Source of the DNA: Akkermansia muciniphila
Lineage (GTDB): Bacteria; Verrucomicrobiota; Verrucomicrobiia; Limisphaerales; SIAT01
Assembly (NCBI GenBank): GCA_945860945.1
Contig: CAMASG010000002.1
Coordinates: forward strand, 19,086 to 83,085
Direction: 5' to 3'
Length of the DNA: 64,000 bases
Each line of letters opens with the position of its first letter. The stretch's first letter is position 1. The position numbers and the translations under genes are program-made. Under the pieces are notes generated by a model. The model ran no database searches, was not told the origin of the DNA, and saw nothing but the letters and a program-made list of their open reading frames with translations. Positions 17,502 through 27,191 of this stretch are shown in pieces.

Positions 17502-18662
17502 TCACCCGTGCTTTTTGATGAGCGCGCGGAACTCGTTGAAGAGCGGAGAGGAATCGTGCGGGCCGGGGCTGGCCTCGGGATGATATTGCACGCAGTAGAT
17601 CGGCTTGGTCTTGTGCCGCATTCCTTCAACCGTCTGGTCGTTGAGGTTGATGCGGTTCACGGCCACATCTGCCGGCAATGATTTCGGGTCCACCGCGAAG
17701 CCGTGGTTCTGGGAGGTAATCTCCACCTTGCCGGACTCGAGATCCTTCACCGGCTGGTTCCCGCCGCGATGGCCGAACTTGAGCTTGAAGGTTTTCCCCC
17801 CAAAGGCTTGGCCGAGAATCTGGTGGCCGAGGCAGATGCCGAAAATGGGAATGCCCGATTTCACGAGGTCACTCGCGGCCTGCACCGCGTAGCCGAGCGC
17901 GGAGGGATCGCCGGGTCCGTTGGAGAGAAAGATGCCGGCAGGCTTGTGTTTGAGCGCTTCGGCGGCGGATGTGGTGGCGGGTACGACCTGCACCTTGAAA
18001 CCGGCCTGCCGCAGGTTGCGGAGGATATTGTATTTCATCCCGAAATCGTAGGCCACGATGGGAATGTCGGCCGGCGGAAGCGGCTTGCGGATGTTACGGG
18101 CGTTGCCGGTCACAATTCCGCGCATCAAATCGAACTCGGCGGATTGCTCGTCCTTCGGATCCCACGCGAACGATTCCTTGTGCGTGACCTCTTTCACGTA
18201 ATCCACGCCGGCGAGACCGGGCCAATTCTTCGCGCGGTCGAGCGCTTCGGCGTCGCTCAATCCCTCGTTCGAGATGATGCCGTTCAGCGCGCCGCGCACG
18301 CGGAGCTTCTTCGTGAGCGCGCGCGTGTCCACGCCTTGAATGCCGGGGATGCCGTTCTCCTCGAGATATTGCGCGAGCGATTTGTCCGCGCGCCAGTTGC
18401 TGACGACCGGCGAAAGTTCGCGAATGACGAACCCCGCCACGTGCGGCCGCCACGACTCGACGTCCTGCGAATTGACGCCGTAGTTGCCGATGAGCGGATA
18501 GGTCATCGTGACAATCTGGCCTTTGTACGAAGGGTCGGTGAGAATTTCCTGATAGCCCGTCATCGAGGTGTTGAAACAAATCTCGCCGCACGCGGTTGCG
18601 CGCGCGCCGAAACCTTGTCCGTGGAAGATGGTGCCGTCCTCGAGTGCCAGAATCGCTTTCAT
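17502..18662 (-). CDS. carA: Carbamoyl-phosphate synthase small (glutaminase) subunit
   Basis: Starts MKAILALEDGTIFHGQGFG from ATG 18662. GATase triad region PIFGICLGHQIL and HGFAV. Confidence 0.95.
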   Translation of the reverse strand: MKAILALEDGTIFHGQGFGARATACGEICFNTSMTGYQEILTDPSYKGQIVTMTYPLIGNYGVNSQDVESWRPHVAGFVIRELSPVVSNWRADKSLAQYLEENGIPGIQGVDTRALTKKLRVRGALNGIISNEGLSDAEALDRAKNWPGLAGVDYVKEVTHKESFAWDPKDEQSAEFDLMRGIVTGNARNIRKPLPPADIPIVAYDFGMKYNILRNLRQAGFKVQVVPATTSAAEALKHKPAGIFLSNGPGDPSALGYAVQAASDLVKSGIPIFGICLGHQILGQAFGGKTFKLKFGHRGGNQPVKDLESGKVEITSQNHGFAVDPKSLPADVAVNRINLNDQTVEGMRHKTKPIYCVQYHPEASPGPHDSSPLFNEFRALIKKHG

Positions 18663-18726
18663 CAGGTCAAAACAAACCGGGCGATGCTCACGTTGGCGGC
18701 GGCGTGCGTCAAGAGCGAACAAGCAA

Positions 18727-18753
18727 AAAGCGCAGCGGAACCCGCTGCGCTTT
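18727..18753 (-). terminator. Intrinsic terminator after the thioredoxin-like gene
   Basis: Minus-strand RNA reads GCGCAGCGG-guu-CCGCUGCGC followed by UUUUUGCUUGUU: a 9-bp GC stem with flanking A/U pairs, 27 nt past the 18780 stop. Confidence 0.8.
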
Positions 18754-18779
18754 CGCAAAGGCGTTATTGAACGCGGTTA

Positions 18780-19217
18780 TTACTTCTTCAGCGCGTCGAT
18801 CTTTCCGACGTAATCCTTGGGCGAACCGCCGCCGAAACCGACTTGGCGGTTCAGTTCTTTGCCTTCGCCGTCGAGCACGAGCACCGTCGGGAAGCCTCGG
18901 ATGCCGAACTTCTGCGACAGCGCCTGATTGGCCTTCTTCAACTCGGCGCTCTGCTCTTTGCCGCGCGGGAAGTCCAACTCGACCAGCACGAGATTCTTTT
19001 TGGCGTACTCGGCGAAGTCGGCCGAGGAAAGGATGTCGGCCTTGAGCTTCTTGCACGGCGGGCACCAATCCGAACCGGTGAACTCGACGAACACGAGCTT
19101 CTTTTCCTCTTTGGCTTGGGCTTGGGCCTTGGCGAGGTCGGTCATCCACGTGGCATCGGCCGCGAAGAGTTGGCCGGCACAGAAGATGGCGAGCAGGGGG
19201 AATAAGAGTTTTTTCAT
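18780..19217 (-). CDS. Secreted thioredoxin-fold protein
   Basis: Signal peptide MKKLLFPLLAIFCAGQLFA and redox motif WCPPCKK. Confidence 0.8.
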   Translation of the reverse strand: MKKLLFPLLAIFCAGQLFAADATWMTDLAKAQAQAKEEKKLVFVEFTGSDWCPPCKKLKADILSSADFAEYAKKNLVLVELDFPRGKEQSAELKKANQALSQKFGIRGFPTVLVLDGEGKELNRQVGFGGGSPKDYVGKIDALKK

Positions 19218-19274
19218 ACGAGGATTGGACGTTGCGGTTGACTAGCTTGTTCGCGGCCAATTAAGCATCGAACG

Positions 19275-20636
19275 TCACGCTTGCCAAACAATTTTTCCGG
19301 CGACGATCGTGGCGGCCGCTTTACCGCGGAGCGTCCAGCCGAAGAACGGATTGTTCAGCGACTTGCTCGCCGTGTCTTTGCGTTCATAAACCCACTCGCA
19401 ATCTGGATCGAACACCGTCACGTCCGCGTCCGCACCGACGGCGAGTGTGCCCTTGTCCAACTTCAGCAATCGCGCAGGAGCCGTGGTGAAGCGGCGAATC
19501 AGCTCGGGCAGCTTCAGCAGGCCGGTGTGGTAAAGGCGCATCAGCGAGAGCGCCAACTCCGTCTCGAAGCCGGTGATGCCGAACGGCGCGTGATCGAACT
19601 CGACCTCTTTCTCGTAGCTGCAATGTGGCGCGTGGTCGCTGCCGAGAATCTCGAGCGTGCCGTCCACCACACCCTCCAGCACCGCTTGCCGATCGGCGGC
19701 GGAACGGAGCGGGGGATTCATTTTGAAATTCGTGTCGTATGCCGGCCACTGCGGCAACTTGCCGTCGCGCGGCGTCTGCAAACCTTTGCCGTCTTCGGCC
19801 CAGAACTTCTCGCTGCCGGCAATCGCGGCGTCGGTGAGAACGAAGTGATGCGGGCAAGCCTCGCCGGAGATCGGCACGCCGCGCGCCTTCGCTTCGCGGA
19901 TGAGCCGGACGCTGTTGCCGGAGCTGATGTGCTGGCAGTGGACACGCGCGCCGGTCTGTTCGGCGAGCAGGATGTTGCGCGCGACGATGATGTCTTCGCC
20001 CGTAGCCGGCCAGCCTTTCAAGCCGAGCACGGTGCTCCAGTAGCCCTCGTGCATCACGCCGTCCATCACCAGCGAATAATCCTGGCAATGATCCATCACC
20101 GTGAGATCAAACATCCGCGCATACTCGAGCGCGCGGCGCATCACGTCGTTGTTCTGGATGCAATGGCCGTCGTCCGTGATCGCGACCACGCCGGCCGCTT
20201 TGAGCGAACCAATCGGCGCGAGTTCCTCACCGGCGATACCTTTCGTGATGGCGCCGGTCACGAACACGTTCACCACACCTTCGCGCGCGGCCTTCTCGCG
20301 GATGAGCGCGACCGTGCCGGCGTTGTCGATGCATGGCGACGTGTTCGGCATGCAAACGATGCTGGTGAAACCGCCCTGCGCCGCCGCGCGCGTGCCAGTG
20401 GCGATCGTCTCTTTGGCCGACTGGCCGGGCTCGCGCAGATGCGCGTGCAAATCAATCAGGCCGGGGCAGACGACGCGGCCTTTGGCATCGAGGCGGGGAA
20501 TGTTCGCGGGAACCTGCGCGCCGGCACTGGGGCCGACGGCAGCAATCTTGCCGTCCTGAATGAGAACGTCCGTGGCGGTGTCGATTTGATTGGCCGGATC
20601 AATCACCCGACCTCCGACGATGAGCAGCGAATTCAT
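19275..20636 (-). CDS. pyrC: Dihydroorotase (cyclic amidohydrolase, long form)
   Basis: GLIDLHAHLREPG (HxH) and MPNTSP, with a DHAPH-type C-terminal region. The start is moved to ATG 20636 (MNSLLIVGGRVID). Confidence 0.9.
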   Translation of the reverse strand: MNSLLIVGGRVIDPANQIDTATDVLIQDGKIAAVGPSAGAQVPANIPRLDAKGRVVCPGLIDLHAHLREPGQSAKETIATGTRAAAQGGFTSIVCMPNTSPCIDNAGTVALIREKAAREGVVNVFVTGAITKGIAGEELAPIGSLKAAGVVAITDDGHCIQNNDVMRRALEYARMFDLTVMDHCQDYSLVMDGVMHEGYWSTVLGLKGWPATGEDIIVARNILLAEQTGARVHCQHISSGNSVRLIREAKARGVPISGEACPHHFVLTDAAIAGSEKFWAEDGKGLQTPRDGKLPQWPAYDTNFKMNPPLRSAADRQAVLEGVVDGTLEILGSDHAPHCSYEKEVEFDHAPFGITGFETELALSLMRLYHTGLLKLPELIRRFTTAPARLLKLDKGTLAVGADADVTVFDPDCEWVYERKDTASKSLNNPFFGWTLRGKAAATIVAGKIVWQA

Positions 20637-20701
20637 CGGGCGCGGAGCATACACGCGGCCAAGTTGACAACGCAAGCGTGCGCGTTACGATGTCCTCGGT
20701 T

Positions 20702-20775
20702 GCGGGTGTAGCTCAATGGTAGAGCCCCAGTTTTCCAAACTGGCCACGAGGGTTCGATTCCCTTCACCCGCTCCA
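20702..20775 (+). tRNA. tRNA-Gly (anticodon UCC), CCA encoded
   Basis: Hand-folded: acceptor GCGGGTG/CACCCGC, D arm GCTC-AATGGTA-GAGC, anticodon arm CCAGT-TTTCCAA-ACTGG, T arm GAGGG-TTCGATT-CCCTT, discriminator T, then CCA. Confidence 0.95.
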
Positions 20776-20837
20776 CTTTTCTCCTCCGCTACTATTATTA
20801 CCAAGAAGGCACTCGGGCTTTCCGAGAAAGAGCTGAT

Positions 20838-21038
20838 TCAACACGGCTGATGTCCCCAGTCCGTTTCCTTGAGGTCATCCTCATAACGCGCCATTTGTTC
20901 CTCGGGCGTCAATGGCTTCGCTGGCTTTTCCTCGGGCGGTGAAGGATTTGTGGAAGCCGACGGATCTACGCTTGCGTCCGCAGCCGATGGAGCGGCGGGC
21001 TTCGTTTCATTTGCTGCGGGCTTTTGCGGAACCGTCAT
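20838..21038 (-). CDS. Small Pro/Ala-rich hypothetical protein (66 aa)
   Basis: ATG-initiated ORF filling an otherwise empty gap. A low-complexity N-terminal half is followed by an ordered-looking tail EEQMARYEDDLKETDWGHQPC. I recognise no family. Confidence 0.4.
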   Translation of the reverse strand: MTVPQKPAANETKPAAPSAADASVDPSASTNPSPPEEKPAKPLTPEEQMARYEDDLKETDWGHQPC

Positions 21039-21122
21039 AAACTTCCTGAACTCAGCTAAACTCTAATCTCCATCCGCCGAATGGCAAGTCGCGCGGAGTC
21101 GTGTTCACGGATCCTCGATGTT

Positions 21123-22058
21123 TCACTGCAATCCATTTTCCGGAAGGCCGACCGGCCAGAGCACGTCCTTCACTGGTTCGAGAATCTTCTGCACTTCCAC
21201 CAGTAACCCGTGGTCGAGCGGGCCGTCTGCCCAATCGAGGCACTTCTGCATGTTCACAGGATTGGCCGAACCGACGATGGTGGTCGCGATGTCGGGGTTC
21301 TCCACGGCGAAACGGATGGCGAGTTGCGCGACGTCCACGCCACGCGCGGTGCAATGTTCGGCGGCACGGCGACAGGCTTCGCGCAGCACGGGCGGCGCGT
21401 GATGCCACGTGGGCAACTCTTGATTCGTGAGCAGACGCTCGGAAAGAGGCGAGGCGCTCATAATGCCGACGCCTTTCGCTTTCAGATGCGGAATCAACCC
21501 GAGCAGCGAGGTGTTGTTCAGCGAGTAATGGCAATAGGAGAGCACACAGTCCAACTGGGCGCGGTCGATCACGTGGCGGAAGATTTCCAGAGGGAAGCCC
21601 GTGACGCCGACGAAACGCACCTTGCCTTGTTCCTTCAACTTGCGCAGCGCCGGCAGAGTCTCCTCCACAATCTGCCGCAGCGGCACGAACTCGATGTCGT
21701 GGCACTGGAGTATGTCGAGGTGATCGAGGCCCATCCGTTGCAGACTTTCCTCGACGCTGCGTGTGACGCGCGCGGCCGAGAAGTCGAAGCTGGCGACATC
21801 GTAGCGGCCGCACTTGGTGCCGATGAGAAAGCGGTCTCGCGAAATCTCTTTGAAAGCTTTGCCCAACATCCGCTCCGCGAGCGTGCGGCCGTAGTAGGGC
21901 GAAGTGTCGATGAAGTTGATCCCGCCGTCGAGTGCGACGTGCACAGAACGAATACCCTGCGCTTCATCGAGGTTGCCGTACTCGTTGCCGAGCGAGGCGG
22001 CGCCGTAACTAAGCGCCGAGAGATTCAGGCCGGTCCGGCCGAGCGGGCGGTATTGCAT
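21123..22058 (-). CDS. Aldo/keto reductase
   Basis: 311 aa. Typical AKR start MQYRPLGRTGLNLSALSYGA, then INFIDTSPYYG and LDILQCHD. Confidence 0.9.
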   Translation of the reverse strand: MQYRPLGRTGLNLSALSYGAASLGNEYGNLDEAQGIRSVHVALDGGINFIDTSPYYGRTLAERMLGKAFKEISRDRFLIGTKCGRYDVASFDFSAARVTRSVEESLQRMGLDHLDILQCHDIEFVPLRQIVEETLPALRKLKEQGKVRFVGVTGFPLEIFRHVIDRAQLDCVLSYCHYSLNNTSLLGLIPHLKAKGVGIMSASPLSERLLTNQELPTWHHAPPVLREACRRAAEHCTARGVDVAQLAIRFAVENPDIATTIVGSANPVNMQKCLDWADGPLDHGLLVEVQKILEPVKDVLWPVGLPENGLQ

Positions 22059-22067
22059 GGTCGCTTG

Positions 22068-22709
22068 CTAACAATCCGCTGCGGCCGCTTCAAGGGAATT
22101 ACGCCGCGACTGAAAACGTCGCCAGTCGGCCGCGGTGTCCACGTCTTCCAATTCACGCAGACAATGAACCCGCAATCGCAACGACTCCGCGCGGCGTATT
22201 GTTTCCGCGAACACGGTATTCGTGCTCCATGGCACGTTATCGAAGAGCGCGGGTTGCGGTTGGTTCAAACCAATGAGCCAGTAACCGCCATCACGCGCCG
22301 GGCCGAGAACAGCGTCATTCGTATCCAGTGCCGTCCACGCATTCTCGATGTCCGTCGCGGAGACATCGGGGCAATCGGAACCGATGAGGACGACGCGGTT
22401 GCAGCCTTCAGCGAAAGGTGCAACGAACGCGGCCGTCATCCGCGCGCCGAGGTCGCCTTCGCTCTGCGGTCGGAGCGTCCAGTTCGCATGTTGCCACGGT
22501 TGGATTGCCATTTCGGCGGAGGCGTCAGCGGGTGTGAAGCAAAGTTCGACGTCCCGTAATCCGTCGAGATTGGCCAGCAACTGTTCGACGAGTTGTCGGT
22601 AGGCGGCGCAGGCGGCTTCTGTGCCAAGTTCAGCGGCGAGTCGGGTTTTCACCGTGCCCACTCGTGGGGCTTTCAGGAAAATAACCAACCGGCTCGCGGA
22701 TAATTTCAT
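22068..22709 (-). CDS. DUF2064 (TIGR04282-like) nucleotidyl/glycosyl-transferase-fold protein
   Basis: LVIFLKAPRVGTVKTRLA N-terminus and GPARDGGYWLIG. The start is moved to ATG 22709 so it does not overlap the upstream MFS gene. Confidence 0.7.
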   Translation of the reverse strand: MKLSASRLVIFLKAPRVGTVKTRLAAELGTEAACAAYRQLVEQLLANLDGLRDVELCFTPADASAEMAIQPWQHANWTLRPQSEGDLGARMTAAFVAPFAEGCNRVVLIGSDCPDVSATDIENAWTALDTNDAVLGPARDGGYWLIGLNQPQPALFDNVPWSTNTVFAETIRRAESLRLRVHCLRELEDVDTAADWRRFQSRRNSLEAAAADC

Positions 22710-22723
22710 TCCACGGCGGACAA

Positions 22724-24127
22724 TTACGTTTCGGTGGCGTGCCCGCCGAGATCTTTCGGCTCGGGCAGGATGATTGCGACGAGCATTCCCGGAACGAAGA
22801 GGCACGCGGCGAAGATCAGCGTCTTCTTGAAGTCACCGCCGGTCGCCAACGAACCGGAGAAAATCACACCGGCGGCAGATGCGATGCGCCCGATGTTGTA
22901 GCAGAAGCCCGCGCCTGTGGTGCGCAGCAGCGTGGGGAAGAGCGGCGGCAGATACATCGTGAACAGGCCGAAGACGCCGGAACAGAAGCCGACTGCGGGG
23001 AACCACACATACACGAGCGATTCCCAAGTGCGGTCTTGCATGAAGGTCGCGCCCATCGTGATGAAGAAGCCGAGGTAACAAATCGCAATAGAGCGGCGGT
23101 AACCGAAGAAACGCGCCAGCGCGGCGGCGGCGAAGTTGCCGGCGATGCTCGCGGAGATGATGACGAAGAAAGCGATGCTGACGATTTTCTGTTTGTAGCC
23201 CGTCACCCACTTAGTGGCGTCGCCATCAGCGCCGAGCTTGGCGAACTCCGCCTTCGCCGCCACGTCGAGGTCGGGCAGGTTTCGCAGATGTTGCGCGTGC
23301 CAGAACATGAAAGCCCACCACGCGGTCAATCCGCACGCGCAGACGATGATGGTCAGCAGCGTCGTGCGCCGCACCGCGCCGCGAAAGAGGTCGGTGATGC
23401 CCGGTTGCCGGCCGACGGATTCACGTTTCGCCGCGTGCCATTCTTCCGGTTCGGGCACGTTACGACGAATCCAGAAAACCAGAAACGCCGGCAGGATGCC
23501 GACGAGGAAGACATATTTCGGATGCAGATCCGCCATCAAGAAAGTGGTGAGGCAGGCGAGGAGGACGCCCAAGTTCACGCCCGTCTGCAACACGGCGGCG
23601 ATCCACGGACGCCATTTCTTCGGCCACGTTTCCGAGAGCAGCGCGGAACCGACAGCCCACTCGCCACCGATGCCCAGCGCGGCGAGGAAGCGGAAGATCA
23701 TCAGTTGCCACCACGTCTCCGCGAAGAAGGAAAGGCCGGTGAACACCGCGTAAGTCAGAATCGTGAGCGAAAGGGAACGACTGCGCCCGAGGATGTCGCC
23801 CAACCGGCCGAAGAACGCGCCGCCCAGCGCCCAACCGACGAGAAAGGCGGCCTGAATGTAGCCGCTCTTTTCCTTCACCAATTCATGCGCGGGCGTGGCG
23901 TCGGCGGGGATGAGATTTTGGTTGATGAGCAGCGACGCGACGAAGGTGGATGCGACCAGCCCGTATAGGTGCATGTCCAATCCGTCGAACAACCATCCGA
24001 GCCACGCGGCGAGGCCGGACTTGCGCTGCTGAGGGGTGAGTTCGCGGAGAGAAGTCGCCTCTGTTTTCGGGGCGGCGGATGCGGCGGCGGGGTTCGCGCC
24101 GGTCGTGATGGGATTGCTCATGGACAA
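22724..24127 (-). CDS. MFS transporter
   Basis: 467 aa with multiple hydrophobic helices and an MFS loop motif GRLGDILGRSRS. Confidence 0.85.
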   Translation of the reverse strand: MSMSNPITTGANPAAASAAPKTEATSLRELTPQQRKSGLAAWLGWLFDGLDMHLYGLVASTFVASLLINQNLIPADATPAHELVKEKSGYIQAAFLVGWALGGAFFGRLGDILGRSRSLSLTILTYAVFTGLSFFAETWWQLMIFRFLAALGIGGEWAVGSALLSETWPKKWRPWIAAVLQTGVNLGVLLACLTTFLMADLHPKYVFLVGILPAFLVFWIRRNVPEPEEWHAAKRESVGRQPGITDLFRGAVRRTTLLTIIVCACGLTAWWAFMFWHAQHLRNLPDLDVAAKAEFAKLGADGDATKWVTGYKQKIVSIAFFVIISASIAGNFAAAALARFFGYRRSIAICYLGFFITMGATFMQDRTWESLVYVWFPAVGFCSGVFGLFTMYLPPLFPTLLRTTGAGFCYNIGRIASAAGVIFSGSLATGGDFKKTLIFAACLFVPGMLVAIILPEPKDLGGHATET

Positions 24128-24287
24128 AACAGTTCGGTCGTCAGCTCATTTGGGCTTCGCGCGTTTCAATCCGAGCGTGTCCACAAAGCGTTTGGGCGTC
24201 AAGCCGCGCAGCTTTTTGATTTCCTTTTGACAAGCCGCTCGAAAACCGTTGCCATCTACGTCACTCGCACGGAGTTCCAGAGACATT

Positions 24288-25310
24288 ATGAAGAAACTCA
24301 ACGTCGGCATCATCGGTTACGGCTGGGTCGCCACCGCCCACATCCCTGCCATCAACGCCACCGGCCGCGCTCAGGTCACCGCTGTCTATTCCTCGCGCCC
24401 GCAGGACCCCGCCGAGCTTAGCGCCAAGCACGGCGGCCGCATCGCTTCCTACACCGACCTCGACGCGATGCTCGCGGACAAGTCTATTGATGTCGTCTCC
24501 ATCTGTTCTATGCCGAGCCTGCACGCTCAGCATGTCATCGCCGCCGCCAAAGCCGGCAAACAAATCATCATCGAGAAACCGCTGGCGATGAATGCCCGCG
24601 ACCTCGCCGCGATGCAGATCGCCGTGAGGAAGGCGGGCGTCAAGACCTGCGTCTGTTTCGAATGCCGTTACTCCAGCCAGTTCCTCGCGACGAAAGCGGT
24701 CATTGATCAGGGCCTTCTCGGACAAATCCACTACGGCGAGGTGGACTATTACCACGGCATCGGGCCTTGGTACGGCCAGTTCCGCTGGAACACGTTCAAA
24801 AAAGATGGCGGCAGCGCCCTCCTCACCGCCGGCTGCCATGCGCTCGATGCCTTGCTCCTCTGCATGGGAGATGACGTGGTCGAGGTGACCAGCTACGACA
24901 CCAAGTCCCGCAGCAAAACTTTCGCCGCCTACGAATACACCACCACCAGCGTGACCCTCCTGAAGTTCCGCAACGGTACCGTGGGCAAATGCGCCGCCGT
25001 CGTGGATTGCTTTCAGCCCTACTACTTCCACACCCACCTCGTCGGCAGCGAGGGGAGCCTCCTCGACAACAAGTTTCATTCCCAGAAGCTCGGCACCAAC
25101 AAAGCCCACTGGAGCGAGCTCTCCATGAAGATGCTTGATTCCGGCGACGTGAGCGACCACCCCTACCAGACGCAGTTCGACGCCTTCTTCCGCGCCTTGG
25201 AACAGGGCAAAGAGATGCCGTTGACAAACCTTACGGCCGCGGCGCGGACGCACGAGATCCTCTTCGCCGCCGACAAATCCGCCGCCACAGGCAAGCCGGT
25301 CAAATTGTGA
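24288..25310 (+). CDS. Gfo/Idh/MocA family oxidoreductase (cytoplasmic)
   Basis: Rossmann start MKKLNVGIIGYGWVATAH from ATG 24288, followed by the EKPLA motif. Confidence 0.85.
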   Translation: MKKLNVGIIGYGWVATAHIPAINATGRAQVTAVYSSRPQDPAELSAKHGGRIASYTDLDAMLADKSIDVVSICSMPSLHAQHVIAAAKAGKQIIIEKPLAMNARDLAAMQIAVRKAGVKTCVCFECRYSSQFLATKAVIDQGLLGQIHYGEVDYYHGIGPWYGQFRWNTFKKDGGSALLTAGCHALDALLLCMGDDVVEVTSYDTKSRSKTFAAYEYTTTSVTLLKFRNGTVGKCAAVVDCFQPYYFHTHLVGSEGSLLDNKFHSQKLGTNKAHWSELSMKMLDSGDVSDHPYQTQFDAFFRALEQGKEMPLTNLTAAARTHEILFAADKSAATGKPVKL

Positions 25311-25359
25311 GAGGGGACGGGCGGTTGACAGTCCCGCGTCGCGTCGGGAGGATGCGGGG

Positions 25360-25788
25360 ATGAGCGATATCATTTATCCGCGCAGCCCGAAAGAGACGAT
25401 GGCCGGCTGGGCTTATCTGCCGCGGTTCGTGGACAAGATCCGACTGCATCTCGCGGGCAAGTTGCACGGCGATTATCAGGCGAACTTCACCAAGGGTCTC
25501 GACGAGGCGTGGCTCAAGGCCGCTGGTCTCGACGCCGAGTCGTTCATCGCGGTGGTGAAGGGGACAATCACGGACGGGGAGGTCTGCGATTGGGTGGTGA
25601 CGAACGTGAAGAAGAGCGCCGCGGAGAGGGACGCGCATCGCACGGCTTTGCTGGACTACGGCCGTGACGAGAAGAACACCGAACTGCGCGCGCGGCTGAA
25701 GATGCGCAAGGAACAGGCGGGCATCGCTCATCGCGACGACATCCAGACTTTCCCGGACTTCATCGACGCGGACGAGAAACGCGCGTGA
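25360..25788 (+). CDS. DUF5069-like protein
   Basis: 142 aa. YPRSPKETMAGWAYLPRFVDKIRLHLAGKL resembles the DUF5069 N-terminus. Confidence 0.6.
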   Translation: MSDIIYPRSPKETMAGWAYLPRFVDKIRLHLAGKLHGDYQANFTKGLDEAWLKAAGLDAESFIAVVKGTITDGEVCDWVVTNVKKSAAERDAHRTALLDYGRDEKNTELRARLKMRKEQAGIAHRDDIQTFPDFIDADEKRA

Positions 25789-25792
25789 TGCG

Positions 25793-26338
25793 ATGACCGC
25801 CCGCTCTTCTGCGATCCTGCGCGGATTGGCTGGCGCACTGAAGCTCGGCGCGGCGTGGGCGCTGCTCGGTCCGCTTCTCGCCCTCTGCACTGCGGCCTTC
25901 CTCGGCACCCTCGTTGGCGGCTGGTGGGGAACTGCGATGTGCGTGTTCGTCAGCACACTTTTCTACGCACTCCTACTTGGTTCATGGCCGGCTCACTTCG
26001 GCGATCACCAATCTCCGGACTACAAGGCGCGAGTGTTCAGTGCTCTGCGAGTGGGCGCATTGATGGGCGCGTTGACCGGGTTGGGGATGGCGGGACTGGG
26101 TGCGGCCTACGAACTGAACGGTGAGGAACGTTCCCTCCACGAGATGTTGCGCCGGACGGCGGACGTACTCACCGGTCAGATACCGTTTTTTGAACTCCCG
26201 CCGAGAGACAGCCGAAGGCTAGATGTCTGGCATTGCGTGAAGATGCTCGGCGCGCTTGGGGTCATCGTTGGAGGTGTGCGCGAGTCGGTTGGGGCGTTAT
26301 GGAAACGCCTGCGGTTGCGACGCAATTCTGCGGCTTGA
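25793..26338 (+). CDS. Hypothetical polytopic membrane protein
   Basis: 181 aa with 4-5 hydrophobic segments. It starts 4 nt after the DUF5069-like stop. I recognise no family. Confidence 0.5.
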   Translation: MTARSSAILRGLAGALKLGAAWALLGPLLALCTAAFLGTLVGGWWGTAMCVFVSTLFYALLLGSWPAHFGDHQSPDYKARVFSALRVGALMGALTGLGMAGLGAAYELNGEERSLHEMLRRTADVLTGQIPFFELPPRDSRRLDVWHCVKMLGALGVIVGGVRESVGALWKRLRLRRNSAA

Positions 26339-26345
26339 AAACAAG

Positions 26346-26377
26346 AACCCCTCCATCCGCGTGCGGATGGAGGGGTT
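26346..26377. terminator. Bidirectional intrinsic terminator between convergent genes
   Basis: Perfect 12-bp stem cccctccatccg / cggatggagggg with loop cgtg, extended by AA/TT pairs. T-rich runs follow on both strands: ttgattctt on the + strand, ttcttgtttt on the - strand. Confidence 0.85.
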
Positions 26378-26395
26378 GATTCTTAAGACAACCGT

Positions 26396-27112
26396 TTACT
26401 TCGCCCCTGCTTTTGGGAAAGGGGCGACGTTCTTATCTTCCGCCGACGGCGCCCAGATTTTGATGTTGTCCACCTTGCCGGTGTCGTCGAAGGAGCCGAA
26501 GCCGACGTGGCCCTTCGCGAACGTGGCGTCCTGGGCGAGCATGATCGGCTTTGCGAGATCATCGAAGTAAACCTTGATGGTCGCGCCCTTCCGCTCCAGC
26601 CGCACTTTGTGCCAGATGTTGAGACCCCAGTTGACGCCTTGCGTCGTCTCCTTCGCGAAGTTTTTGCGGGGCGCTTCATTCACGATGAAGACGTTGTGGG
26701 CGTTCGGATCGGCCTTGGTCGCGATGTGGGTGTAGTAGAACTTCGCCGGCGCGGTGAAACCGAAGAAGAGGCACATGTCGCGATGGCCGTATTCCTTGCC
26801 GGTCTGGATGAGATCGGCCTCGAGGACGAAGTCGCCCACGACCTTGCCGCTGATTAGCGCGATGTTGAACGGCGAGCGCACAGACGTCTTGTAGTTGCTC
26901 TGTTTCACCAACTCGAGCGAGTTGCCTTTGTCGCCGGCGGTGACTTTCCACGCGGTGGGATCGGAGAATGTGAAATCCTTAATCGCATCGGGCTTCTCGA
27001 AGTCCTGCGAGTAAACGAGTTTGTAATCGGCGGGAACGCCGGCGGGGTTTTCGGCCGCGCCGAGAGTGATGGCGGCGGCGGCCAGCGCGAGGAGGGCGGG
27101 GAACAGTTTCAT
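26396..27112 (-). CDS. Secreted DUF1080-like (concanavalin/LamG-fold) protein
   Basis: Signal peptide MKLFPALLALAAAAITLGA from ATG 27112. Beta-sandwich-like repeats end in GHVGFGSFDDTGKVDNIKIW. The track ORF's 176-aa N-terminal extension overlaps the upstream gene and is rejected. Confidence 0.65.
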   Translation of the reverse strand: MKLFPALLALAAAAITLGAAENPAGVPADYKLVYSQDFEKPDAIKDFTFSDPTAWKVTAGDKGNSLELVKQSNYKTSVRSPFNIALISGKVVGDFVLEADLIQTGKEYGHRDMCLFFGFTAPAKFYYTHIATKADPNAHNVFIVNEAPRKNFAKETTQGVNWGLNIWHKVRLERKGATIKVYFDDLAKPIMLAQDATFAKGHVGFGSFDDTGKVDNIKIWAPSAEDKNVAPFPKAGAK

Positions 27113-27125
27113 GATTTGCTTGAGG

Positions 27126-27156
27126 ATAAAAAACAACCCACGGCGCGAACCGTGGG
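27126..27156 (-). terminator. Intrinsic terminator after the TAT-exported oxidoreductase gene
   Basis: Minus-strand RNA reads CCCACGG-uucgcg-CCGUGGG followed by UUGUUUUUUAU, 36 nt downstream of the 27192 stop. Confidence 0.8.
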
Positions 27157-27191
27157 CAGTTAGTAGTTGTTGCTCGGTTTTACGGGGAAGG

